Assembly (NCBI GenBank): GCA_044221725.1
Contig: JBGAON010000005.1
Span: forward strand, 192,001-256,000
Source: Elusimicrobiota bacterium
Lineage (GTDB): Bacteria; Elusimicrobiota; Elusimicrobia; F11
Length of the DNA stretch: 64,000 bases
Direction of reading: 5' to 3'
The notes below the pieces were generated by a model. The model saw only the letters and a program-made list of their open reading frames with translations. It did no database searches and was not told the origin of the DNA. Position 1 is the first letter of the stretch. Every line of letters starts with the position of its first letter. Made by a program: the position numbers and the translations under genes. Of this stretch, positions 9,201 to 16,994 are shown in pieces.

Positions 9201-12047
9201 TTCAAGATTAATGGCCGAACCTACTCAGGAAAGATCCGTGGACAAAAATCGGTTGTACCGGAACAAGATTTGAAACCGGATTCGGGCGTGCCGAACGGTG
9301 AGGACTACGAGTTCTTTGTCGATGGACCCAACAACTTTGTTATCGAAAGACCGAACAAAGATCCTCGCGGACGGTTTGTTCCGCTTCTCAAGAAAAAGGG
9401 TACCAATGAGATTGTTACGCCCACCGATGAACAGGTGTCGTTGATCGAGCCAGACACGGGCGGCGCTTTGGTGATTGATGAGAAAGGAAATTTCGTCATT
9501 GTCGACAAATTTCAGTACGCGGGCACCGACGTTGCTGACCGTATCGACAACGACCGTTACTACAATACAAATCAGGTTCAGTTTAAAATCGCTGACATGC
9601 TGCGTTTCTTTGGTCTTATGGACGCAAACGGATCAACGGAGAGATTTGAAGCGATGTCCCCTCAGATGCGGCTCGACACGGTTTTAAAAGCCACGCGGGA
9701 TCTTCCGTATTCGATGGAAGACATTGATTCCGGGGCCGCGCTCTTGCCGGTGCGAATTCTTGCCACGGTCTTGAAAAAAATGAAAGGCGGCTTTGTGGTC
9801 ATTGACCCCTTCGCCGAGGCCACGCCGTTTAACGGCTATCTCGGTTTCAAAGATTGGAACGATCACATCTTAAAGGCCACTCCGATTAAAAGGATTTTTA
9901 CTCACATTGTTGAAGCGCTCGCGAAAAGAGGACGTTTCCCCGCTGTCAGAGGGGAAATAACGGTCGATAACTTCATCCCGACGTTTACTCCAATCTACGC
10001 GGCGGCCATGGATCATGTTGCGCATCACTTGAACGGCATAGACGATCGGGCCGATTACGATTGGATGGCTTCATCGGTTGGCACCAAGGAGAAGCCGGAA
10101 CCAACGCCGGACACCGTGTTGCAGTTGACGCGATCGGGAATTCTGAACCTCTACAAAAAAGACGTTCGTCGGTATTCTTTCCTACGGGAAAACATGAATA
10201 TTCACAAGGGAAAAGAACAGCAGGACAGATACGTCACGTGGAAAGTGCGGCAAATTTTTATGCGCCTGTTCGCAATGAAAAAGTTCAAACTGGTTTTTGA
10301 GAAATACGGAATTCAAACCGGAGTTTCGAAGGAAGATCCGTACGTGCGTTTGTTGCTCTACACACGCATCGATGATGAACTTGCGGCCGAAGTTGGTGGT
10401 TCGATTGAAAGACTTCATCTTCAGGGCGGATCGACGGATTTGGATGAGGAAGACCTTGAGCTTGGCGAATATAGCCCGCTGGAATCTTCATTGGATGTGC
10501 GACCGGTTCATTCCGTGAGTTTTTTACGTCCTTCCCGTACCGCCCCTTTTGTTGAGGAGCTGACGGTGCTCATTTATGGCCCCATCTTCGCGACCACATT
10601 TGTGTTCATCCAAAATTCATTCGTCTCGTTTGGAATAACGCTCGCTGTGTTGATTTTTATCGCGGGATTTTTAGCGATGATACACACCGAGGTTTTCTTG
10701 CCCAATACGGACGGGACTTACGCGCGTACGGCCGCACGCCCGTCCGACAAAATAAAAATTTTTGGTTTGTTGTTCTCTTTCGCGATTCCATACTTGTTTA
10801 TCTTAACCGTCGTGAGCTTCTATATTAATGTTCCACCGAATCTCAGCTTTATTGAATCGCAACGGGCGATGCGCTCGTTGCCAATCGCGGCGATCGTTTT
10901 CGCCGGTCTGCCAGCGCTGTTGCACTTGGCGTATGTGCGGCGTGTTATTCCCTTCTTTTTGCATCGCTTCAATATTCGTTTGCCGTTCGCAACGATCGCT
11001 GCAGAGCCACTGACCGACCGGGATCAAATCAAGAGAATGAGTAGTGAGCTTACCCCCGAGGCCCAAAGCCTTTTCGTCTCGCTGCTTTTAAAATCAATGC
11101 CGCCGATGGAGCAGCTCGGTTTGGAAAAAATGGTGGAGCCGAAGATCGAATCTTTAACGATGATGCCCATTAATCGTGTTTGGAACAGTGATGAGCGGAT
11201 TGCCGAACGAACGGACGCTGCGATAGCCGTCTATGCTGTTCTCTACAAAGCAGAAATTTATCGGCACGTGAATCATTTGGCGCGTCAAATTTCCGTCGGA
11301 GCGAAGGTGGACGCCAACATTATCAACCGAATTGCGTCGCTCACGGGCACGCTAAATACTTTGGGCAGAGGAGTAAATTCCGAACGGGATCACGCCTTGC
11401 AGGCTCAGCTCGCAACCTTGGGCGCTCTCGCGAGGGCTGCAGAGATTTCCCAATTCGATGTCAATGTCGTGCGAGGATTGCTCGAGAAAACAACGAAAGA
11501 GGCCCCGTTGGCGGCGGATGGCACCGTGAAACCGGCCGATGTAGAAACCAATAGAAATGATTACGGTATCTTTTCGTACCCTGACTTGAGTGGAAACGCC
11601 GACTCCAAAGGCGCTCAGACGGCGCTCGCTGAAATTGGCCAGTTCGTTAAGGCGGCTTCGTTGCCCGGGGCGGAACGGAAATTTGGTTACGTGATTATCA
11701 CGTTGCGTTCGATTGAGGAAAAGGTAGCGGCATTGAATTTCCTCAGTGAAAGAATTCCTGGCGCCATGTTTAAAGAAGGGGATAATATTCGCTTCGAAAT
11801 CCAGGCCCGCACGAATCCTCAACCGTTTATTGCCGACCTTAAAAACAAAGGACTGAACAAGATGTTCGGGTATCCGATCGGAAGCGCCAATTTCGAAACG
11901 AACTGGGATATTTCCGGCTTATCATCAGAAGACTTGGCGCTTTTCTCTCTGCGTCTAATCGGCCTCGAAAGTGGGGAATTGTTTAACCTGGACGACCACT
12001 TCCGCCAAGCCGAAAAGAACATCCAGCTCGCCGAACAGGGCGCTTAG
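3237..12047 (+). CDS. 2936-aa multi-domain membrane protein: signal peptide, TraB/ChaN-like domain, GT5 glycogen synthase, UDP-sugar pyrophosphorylase-like domain, several TM modules
   Basis: GT5 motifs: IASEVRGIFHTGGIG, PDVVHVNDWQT, HNAVYQG, ARAEKEKGFD, VPSIFEPSGL, DFSW (~5770-7490). UDPGP-like motifs: LLGGAGSR, PRGPG, LISNGEDLGA, YNTNQ (~8540-9870). N-terminus MRFSLRKGSAAFIAGSLFITQVL looks like a signal peptide. Confidence 0.88.
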   Translation: MRFSLRKGSAAFIAGSLFITQVLTNPMLVQTCFAQNTGFGLRASADIWTERSNQIARLKSPQADIFPTRAADNAFKPFFQSVNPFARVGETHIENNGGPTVLLLQDVHMNLEAQKNIGEVLLRTPKNSVIGVEAAVGPFDFSKFRSYPEPKILANIASVLLRENYISAISWMGLTAKGSLPTIVGVDDSSLYVKNVDAFKNTIAIKADRLSSIETALQKLAHEKADLFSAEEKALDALITNYEAGNVTLAAYIQSLEQSVSMDAFPSLKTLSAALQLEARLDQKQAEQERERLVRKISATDSAALQQLTALSISHGAGEMEATTFYSEFRSILNAHHISLAAYPHFSTYVEYAALADGIKQERIFKEIQDLTKAAIGKIARREQTKQLFKQGRTLFLAKKLVNFELTPEEWKEYQVGPGLRHSRTTASVPSGTNLEAFFDFYRYAEARNEKMVNNLLNARGNSNTIVLLAGGFHSAGIRALLRARGVSYAVLTPRISQDNLGNGSAYLGSFIRDRTPLEKLFYGEKLTVAAADTILGPSNPIAPGRRWLPAAAISLTAVLAAAYFATGANPNLELATLSAWIAGISGGVAILLSAQDRRAHLNINGTEIEAGAELSAPAYRTIKDVPGLGNVGWNTHRSFGTVIKGIALVVFGIAFIKLLTNVFEPFVKARDVIAVGHSPSFPMRTGFFRWGFLLTIGVAFLSMVTTTRAYFHRFAPEKSFGDLPVEKLNSMSDVELWNEIKKNGYIRIHERLPYLPHGGSRVEGRLWNYFLTHSVDELVPDFQKMDAWTVAQVLQNENIMNHEHRLAKPHKIMMALSHEQRSDVSDNMKLKYYRQLMDPTRVKKVVYIASEVRGIFHTGGIGVVADSFPRAMQGFGHDVSQILPYYEGVGIEEEISKNVAAGIWTKKELFQKINVPMDGHIVTATVVQIDRRDLPTLYLIQNPEYFGRYTMGKDKRGKLNPYFPANLPNSHASFTEREMLTLERFIFFAKACMMAMPVLNLNGNGEAPDVVHVNDWQTTLLAPWLLYLRATTPVEFQHDAEANPYMRGMNPATFSRLKTYFQKTQTVSTQHNAVYQGLFSESARYENTFDRLKDNSWELFKKTGLPWDPFFMQTDQKTGVTEEKQPFSLRLHGQFNFSLAMKSADASYTVSEAHATELAEGAYPELPRFYYSLTMDERFTGINNAPDVELRNPRNLKGIIAYGVTDVEEKKPLNKIALLEKVGLASGNKSDDEAKFVVGVVARAEKEKGFDLILEALPEVLQGHEHDTVVVVLASGNPEYERRMRELQASYPRNIKYIDKFLPELEPMITVGSDSLLVPSIFEPSGLTHYDAMIAGTLPIVAPSGGLNVVRDPSEGIEAAIGFMMRSKTSIELSKKIEEARQMFLNDKSSWNRMIDNAMNTDFSWPDSVDKVMDLYERAEFFARIQKNNKISIKSPRGKRPRPQLVLNFIFNLAQNLEQRYADPISGHDLYKNSFWGAPKYEAGFLFALLAGTFAGFAVVLPVTWMALAAATITTMVTFLLLHPIRAGPSKGSPSLLEYRSLGILFIFLPFLLIIGPLALVGLSYIPNDRTILRGSILAASLAIGAISTMPGHAWWNNHSPKPLTAAHASYGALDKYLTGTAVRELLAFRGMQFRYDESDFQYFATNPRIVGFDRKTQKIVLQPLFNFLDPIPPANSPAAERKVIVDRNMESILRLSPPINQQGQINREEYHRVINDAFEGKLDKVEKYRVIDKIASHPDRIFDATAVSAREHQISFVRLIERYERGEIAIFSLLGGAGSRVIQKSKKIKESITKAILSTIGIQIPAIGLGTGPKHPLFLTIFKHSMLVTVKAVALVFNTQLGVNDHNIMAAVQDDPHMTRAISEKVEILKSPGSGIPMQRVADKKTKKPGGVLWTNKNGKEIPDSDVNVREGNAITRPRGPGAFSVLIAAAVDGTLLKLHRDGRLYGLISNGEDLGAMPNEMAANFMEENNLPITFFLAERDVKYQFKINGRTYSGKIRGQKSVVPEQDLKPDSGVPNGEDYEFFVDGPNNFVIERPNKDPRGRFVPLLKKKGTNEIVTPTDEQVSLIEPDTGGALVIDEKGNFVIVDKFQYAGTDVADRIDNDRYYNTNQVQFKIADMLRFFGLMDANGSTERFEAMSPQMRLDTVLKATRDLPYSMEDIDSGAALLPVRILATVLKKMKGGFVVIDPFAEATPFNGYLGFKDWNDHILKATPIKRIFTHIVEALAKRGRFPAVRGEITVDNFIPTFTPIYAAAMDHVAHHLNGIDDRADYDWMASSVGTKEKPEPTPDTVLQLTRSGILNLYKKDVRRYSFLRENMNIHKGKEQQDRYVTWKVRQIFMRLFAMKKFKLVFEKYGIQTGVSKEDPYVRLLLYTRIDDELAAEVGGSIERLHLQGGSTDLDEEDLELGEYSPLESSLDVRPVHSVSFLRPSRTAPFVEELTVLIYGPIFATTFVFIQNSFVSFGITLAVLIFIAGFLAMIHTEVFLPNTDGTYARTAARPSDKIKIFGLLFSFAIPYLFILTVVSFYINVPPNLSFIESQRAMRSLPIAAIVFAGLPALLHLAYVRRVIPFFLHRFNIRLPFATIAAEPLTDRDQIKRMSSELTPEAQSLFVSLLLKSMPPMEQLGLEKMVEPKIESLTMMPINRVWNSDERIAERTDAAIAVYAVLYKAEIYRHVNHLARQISVGAKVDANIINRIASLTGTLNTLGRGVNSERDHALQAQLATLGALARAAEISQFDVNVVRGLLEKTTKEAPLAADGTVKPADVETNRNDYGIFSYPDLSGNADSKGAQTALAEIGQFVKAASLPGAERKFGYVIITLRSIEEKVAALNFLSERIPGAMFKEGDNIRFEIQARTNPQPFIADLKNKGLNKMFGYPIGSANFETNWDISGLSSEDLALFSLRLIGLESGELFNLDDHFRQAEKNIQLAEQGA

Positions 12048-12140
12048 CCTAAACATCTCGTCAAATAGGTCGTTTTCCACTTGCCGTGATTATTGACACC
12101 CCCCGTGGCATTCCCATGACACGCGCGTTACACTCGATTC

Positions 12141-12977
12141 ATGGGTATGGAGATTGTCCGTTTAGGCGAATCTGATGTCAGGCAGCTCTCCGGTGAAAAA
12201 GAAGAACTTGGAGAGTTGTCGTTCGTAACCCACAACCTTCCTGAAAAGAACCTGTCTATTTGGATGATGACGGCAACCCGCGGTCAGCAACTGGTTCCCT
12301 GGTGGAATTACGACGCGAAAATTGACGGTGATTTGCAACGGCTCAACGATTTTTGGGGCGTGTCGAGCGCTCAGGGATTTTTCGATTGCCTGTACCTTTC
12401 CCAATTCAAAAAAATGGCGAGCAACAATTTTTATGTGATTGCTCCAGGTTATCTGCGCACCGATGGGTGGGACAAGATGCCCGAAGCGTCCCGTGTCGCG
12501 TATTTGCGGGGGCAAGGTTGCGTTTACCGATTGGAAGGGGCGTTCGATTCGAAGCTCACAATTAACTGGGTGCCTTTTGCGCAGCCGCAGAGTCTCGTCA
12601 AAGATCCGTCGTTTGGCGCATTGTGGCCGATGTTCACGGCGGCCCGCAACGATGATGTCGCCAACAGTCTTGGATTTTTCTCTCTTTCCGATATTCATCA
12701 GCTGCCAAAAGTGGTGGGCATGCTGATTTCGCAAAGCAACAATCGCTCACTGGAATTGGCGTCCGCCGTCGATTGGTTCGGGTTGTATTCATCGCCGATA
12801 ACGCCCGATCATACCGCCTGCTCTGTCGTGTACACAAAACACGTGAGCGTGATGGCGAAGCTCGCCGAATTCCAGCAGAAATTTCAGCACGTGCTCAATG
12901 AAGCCCGAGCCACATTGAAAGCCAACCCCGCTCCTCAAACCGCATTCAAAGTGCTGTCTCGCTATATCGCTATTTGA
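12141..12977 (+). CDS. Hypothetical protein (278 aa)
   Basis: Clean ORF between two genes with globular composition. TACACT lies 6 nt before the ATG. No family recognised. Confidence 0.75.
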   Translation: MGMEIVRLGESDVRQLSGEKEELGELSFVTHNLPEKNLSIWMMTATRGQQLVPWWNYDAKIDGDLQRLNDFWGVSSAQGFFDCLYLSQFKKMASNNFYVIAPGYLRTDGWDKMPEASRVAYLRGQGCVYRLEGAFDSKLTINWVPFAQPQSLVKDPSFGALWPMFTAARNDDVANSLGFFSLSDIHQLPKVVGMLISQSNNRSLELASAVDWFGLYSSPITPDHTACSVVYTKHVSVMAKLAEFQQKFQHVLNEARATLKANPAPQTAFKVLSRYIAI

Positions 12978-12998
12978 TTACGATATAATTTCAGCACT

Positions 12999-14612
12999 TT
13001 GAAACTTCGCCACGCCGCCCCGTTCCTGTTGTTTTTCCTCCTATCAATGGCGCGCGCAGACAACCTTCAGCCAACGATTCGCTCAATCCTCATCAATCGA
13101 AAAAACGTTTTTGAAACGGGCTCGCGCACCGACAATGTTTTCCCGTATTCGTGGGCCAACAAAATTCACATCGTGACCAAAGAGGACACCATCCGCCATG
13201 CGCTGCTATTTAAGGAAGGCGACGCTCTCGATGCTGAGAAAATTTCGGAATCCGAGCGGTTGTTGCGCCGGCAGGGAAATTTTCGCTACGTGAAAATAAC
13301 GCCGCTTGAGAATATGAATGGGCAGGTGGACGTGAAGGTAGAAACCGAGGACGTGTGGACCACGGCACTCGAATTGTCGTTCGGTCTGGCGGCGGGGAAA
13401 CGGTCGTACTCGTTTGGTATTAACGAACAGAACTTCTTGGGGCGCGGAAAAGAAATCGGCGCGTTTGTGAGCAAAAATATCGACCGGACCACGCGCGGTG
13501 CCGTGTATCGCGATCCGCAAATTTTGGGTACGCGGTGGGAATTTTTCGGCGGTTACGGAAAAGACGAAAAAGGAAAGGAGTGGGAAACCGATCTCACACG
13601 CCCCTTTTATTCCGCCCTCGTGACGCATTCGGAAGGCGTCTTGCTCGGCGATCGCCAGAACGAAGACCGCTTGTTCGATGATGGAGACGAGGTTGCAACG
13701 TTCGATCATCACTCGCGAAACGCTCGCGTGTTTGGTGCGGTGGCGCTCGTGGCGAGCATGAAACGTGTGCGGCGTGTATCGCTTGCCTACGAAAATAATC
13801 TCGATGAATTTTCCAACGCCAAAGGACCGCAGTCGCCGGCTTTGCCAGAAGAGCGCCGTGTAAACCCCATTCTTCTCGGTTATCAGCACGAAAATATTCG
13901 ATTCCACAAAGTTCGCGGTGTGACGACCTTTGACCGCGACGAAGACATCAACTTGGGCGGCTCCTTTATCGCTGAAGCGGGGCCCACAAACGAACACACC
14001 GGAGCCACGCAGCGTGGGTGGTTCGGGCGAGCACGGATTACGAAAAATTTCCATTTCCAAGAAAACCAAGTCTGGTTCAATTCGATTGAAGTCGACGGGC
14101 GACAGGAACATGACGACGTGCAAAACGGTGTTCTGCGGTTGCAGACGCAATACTATTTGCTGGATTGGTTGCCGTTGCACACGGCGAGTCTTCGCAGCGA
14201 ATATGTGGTCTCAAAGAACTTGGATCCGGAACGCGAATTTTTGCTCGGTGGCGAAAATGGATTGCGCGGATATTCGGTTCGACAATTCAGCGCCACGGAC
14301 CGAATTCTTTTCACGCTTGAGGACCGTCGCGGTCTATTGTATGACTGGCTGCATTTGATCAGCATTGGGTGGGCCTGGTTCATGGATTCGGGTGCCGTGT
14401 GGGAAAAGGGTTCGTTCCCGGATGCCAATCAGTTCCGCACCGACGTAGGAGGAGGAATTCGCTTTGCACCATCAAGGTCCACCAATCCGGGCCTCATCCG
14501 TATCGATGTCGCGTACGCGCTGCAAGACAACAACCGCTCCTCGCGCTTTGTCCTTAATATTGGCGCCGACCTTTCGTTTGGAGATCGCCCTGCTCGAAAG
14601 TTTGATCGCTAG
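12999..14612 (+). CDS. Omp85 (BamA/TamA) family outer-membrane beta-barrel with N-terminal POTRA domain
   Basis: Signal peptide, POTRA-like segment (TKEDTIRHALLFKEGD...ESERLLR...F), INEQNFLGRG, LLGGENGLRGYS (the conserved loop-6 VRGF/Y motif), DVGGGIRF and IRIDVAYAL. Confidence 0.88.
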   Translation: MKLRHAAPFLLFFLLSMARADNLQPTIRSILINRKNVFETGSRTDNVFPYSWANKIHIVTKEDTIRHALLFKEGDALDAEKISESERLLRRQGNFRYVKITPLENMNGQVDVKVETEDVWTTALELSFGLAAGKRSYSFGINEQNFLGRGKEIGAFVSKNIDRTTRGAVYRDPQILGTRWEFFGGYGKDEKGKEWETDLTRPFYSALVTHSEGVLLGDRQNEDRLFDDGDEVATFDHHSRNARVFGAVALVASMKRVRRVSLAYENNLDEFSNAKGPQSPALPEERRVNPILLGYQHENIRFHKVRGVTTFDRDEDINLGGSFIAEAGPTNEHTGATQRGWFGRARITKNFHFQENQVWFNSIEVDGRQEHDDVQNGVLRLQTQYYLLDWLPLHTASLRSEYVVSKNLDPEREFLLGGENGLRGYSVRQFSATDRILFTLEDRRGLLYDWLHLISIGWAWFMDSGAVWEKGSFPDANQFRTDVGGGIRFAPSRSTNPGLIRIDVAYALQDNNRSSRFVLNIGADLSFGDRPARKFDR

Positions 14613-15384
14613 TCTTTTCGCTGCTGTGCTTTTGTTGGTGTCGCCATTCGTGTGCGCTGACGAACTTGTGTTGAAAGAAGGGAAATCAATCCAAGGAAAA
14701 ATCACGAAAGAAGACGCTGACGAGTACACCATTCTTATGGGCTCTCAAATGTATTTGCGCGTGGCGAAAGAAAAAGTGGCGCGCGTCGTGCGTGATACGC
14801 CGGCAAAACCCAACAAGCCCATTGTCCGGACACCGGTCGCGTCGCCAAAAGCAGTTAATGTCTCGACGGCAGTCGCCGCAGTTCCGTCGCCATCGTCCAA
14901 TGCTCCGGTGGCCGCAACAGCCGTGAAACCATCGCCGGCCAAGGCAACTCCATCTCCTGGAGTCGTTGCGACGCCGAGCATAAGTCCCGCAAAAGTCACC
15001 GAGCCACCACAGCAAACGGTAAAGAAAGGTGTCGTCACAATTGAGGAGAATGTGGCGGCATCAAAAACCGGGAAAACCACGCTGCAGACGGTGTGGGAAG
15101 GAACGCCTGAGAAAGAGGCCAATCAAACCAAGTGGAAAGCCGTGATCTTGCGCGCGACGATCGCGAACGATCCAACATCCCCGCACGCAAAACAGGAAGT
15201 GGACTCGCTGCGTTCTTCGCTTTCTTCGTTCGCTGAAGAACTGACGGCGTTGCGCGCCAACGACGAGAAAACGCTGCGGTCCGAAACCGACCGGTTGTTG
15301 GCGGTCATGCAGGATCACGCCAAAAAAAGATTGCAAGGGTTGGCGCGTCGCGAAAAAAAAGAATTTGACAAAAAACAAAAATAA
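14602..15384 (+). CDS. Exported hypothetical protein with Pro/Ala-rich linker
   Basis: Same frame as track ORF 14464..15384. Signal-like LIASLFAAVLLLVSPFVCA then DELVLKEGKSIQGKITKED, a PAKATPSP-type linker and a helical tail. The start is uncertain (TTG 14578 or 14602). Confidence 0.7.
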   Translation: MIASLFAAVLLLVSPFVCADELVLKEGKSIQGKITKEDADEYTILMGSQMYLRVAKEKVARVVRDTPAKPNKPIVRTPVASPKAVNVSTAVAAVPSPSSNAPVAATAVKPSPAKATPSPGVVATPSISPAKVTEPPQQTVKKGVVTIEENVAASKTGKTTLQTVWEGTPEKEANQTKWKAVILRATIANDPTSPHAKQEVDSLRSSLSSFAEELTALRANDEKTLRSETDRLLAVMQDHAKKRLQGLARREKKEFDKKQK

Positions 15385-15478
15385 CTTAAGATCTCCGTCG
15401 ACAAACCCTCCCGTCCCCTCCTTGTTTTAAAATTCAATCGACCCCCTCCTCGACGCAAGTTTCATTCGTGGAGATGTT

Positions 15479-15889
15479 ATGTGGAAGAGCCGTTCGTTTG
15501 GTGGATCTGTTGTGGAAATGGCATTCGTGGCGCCGCTGGTCGCGTTCGTGTCGCTTCTGTTTCTAAATCTCGTTTGCGTGGCTCTTGATCAAATTCGCTT
15601 GGAGCGCGTCGCGGCGCAATTGTCTCGAGAAATCGCGTGCCGCCGCATCGCGGATTCTGCGACTCTGGAATCATGGGCTCGTTCGTGGCTTGCCGGACGA
15701 TCGCTCTCAAACATCACTCCTCTCATTGTGCTGCACGCCGTTCCGGTCGTGCCGGGAAATTTCCCACGCTCAAATAATCCGCTCATTGTTTTCGACATTG
15801 ACCTGAAAAAGGAACCTTGTCAGCCGTTTCATTTTTCGGGCGTGGGTTTCACTCAGATTTCGACACACGCGAAGGAAGTGCGGTTGTGA
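15479..15889 (+). CDS. TadE/TadF-like pseudopilin
   Basis: GGSVVEMAFVAPLVAFVSLLFL fits the G-x4-E prepilin motif plus a hydrophobic helix. First gene of the tad cluster. Confidence 0.72.
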   Translation: MWKSRSFGGSVVEMAFVAPLVAFVSLLFLNLVCVALDQIRLERVAAQLSREIACRRIADSATLESWARSWLAGRSLSNITPLIVLHAVPVVPGNFPRSNNPLIVFDIDLKKEPCQPFHFSGVGFTQISTHAKEVRL

Positions 15890-16623
15890 CGATCGTGACC
15901 GTCTTGGTTTCGCTCGCGATGGTGGCGATGGGCGTGTTTGTCATGGATATTGGCCGCGTGTCCATTGTTTCGCAGAAATTGGAAACCGTCGCCGATGCCG
16001 CGGTGCTGGCGTCGCTAAGAATGCGCGTGGAAGCTCTCGAGATCGTGGCAAGTCGGTGGCAAGAATTCGGCGGACTCATGGGACCTTTGGCGAGCGACGG
16101 AGCAATCTCCTTGCGCTCGACCGATTGGACGTCTGTCGAACAAAAAGCGGCGACGCTCAAACGTGCATTGTCCGGTTACCAGGCGCGCACGACCGCTATC
16201 GTCAAAGTGATCGCCGAGGCCAACGGGTTCTCGCGGGAACAGGTCGAAATTATCGATGACCGCGGGTCGCGGCTCGGCATTCAGTCCGCGAGTGCGATTG
16301 TTATTGACGAACAACGTCGTGAGAAAACGCTCGACAGCTTGTGGTTTAAGCGTCTGTGGGCGACGAATGAGAAGCTTTCCCAACCTGCGGAGGTCACCCG
16401 ATTCCACGTTCAAACAACCGTTCCCGTTGCGGACGGAGAAACGTGGACGTTAACGCGGGCTTCGGTCGGGCAAATCCGTTGGGACGTTTCAGAGAACGAC
16501 GCCGACGTTCGTCGGCGCGGTAATGGCGGTTACGCGCGCGCCTTCGAAGAGGCCGTGGACGCCGGTGCTTTTTTGCCTCAGCGCTGGCCTGTTTTTCGCG
16601 CGGTTCTGGGGCAAACGAAATGA
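15817..16623 (+). CDS. TadG-like Flp pilus assembly protein
   Basis: EGSAVVTIVTVLVSLAMVAMGVFVMDIG...KLETVADAAVLA matches the Tad N-terminal pattern (G..hydrophobic..DxG...DAAxLA). The start is uncertain. Confidence 0.72.
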   Translation: MSAVSFFGRGFHSDFDTREGSAVVTIVTVLVSLAMVAMGVFVMDIGRVSIVSQKLETVADAAVLASLRMRVEALEIVASRWQEFGGLMGPLASDGAISLRSTDWTSVEQKAATLKRALSGYQARTTAIVKVIAEANGFSREQVEIIDDRGSRLGIQSASAIVIDEQRREKTLDSLWFKRLWATNEKLSQPAEVTRFHVQTTVPVADGETWTLTRASVGQIRWDVSENDADVRRRGNGGYARAFEEAVDAGAFLPQRWPVFRAVLGQTK

Positions 16624-16994
16624 GCCGACGCGGAAATATTGTGTTCGAATTTTTGTTGGCGTTGGGAGTTTGGAGCGCGGCGTGGATTGGACTCATTCTT
16701 ATTGCGCGCATGATTGTTCTCGAGCAGCGGGCGCATCGCGTCGCGCGCTTTGGTGCGATGCTTGCGGGAACCGGACGTGTAACGGACGCCACCGTTCAAA
16801 ATGAAATGACGAATTACGTCGCTGCATTGCCGTCGTCGCGCTTTCCGATAAATTGGACATTTTCGACCGCCCCGTACACGCAAACCGCGGCCTCGCGGTT
16901 TTACCGATTCGTACAGGTGGGTGTTCGCGCCGAGTCGACCGGCGTGCCGGCCGTTGCCCAAACGGTCGTTTCTCAAAAGGAAAATCCACTATGA
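16620..16994 (+). CDS. TadE-like pseudopilin
   Basis: MSRRGNIVFEFLLALGVW fits the G-x4-E motif. ATGA overlaps couple it to both neighbours. Confidence 0.72.
   Translation: MSRRGNIVFEFLLALGVWSAAWIGLILIARMIVLEQRAHRVARFGAMLAGTGRVTDATVQNEMTNYVAALPSSRFPINWTFSTAPYTQTAASRFYRFVQVGVRAESTGVPAVAQTVVSQKENPL

Noticed and set aside
15385..15390. CTTAAG upstream of the tad cluster as a third copy of the shared box
   Set aside because: It is a single half-site with no partner at 11 bp and no -10 box at the expected spacing.
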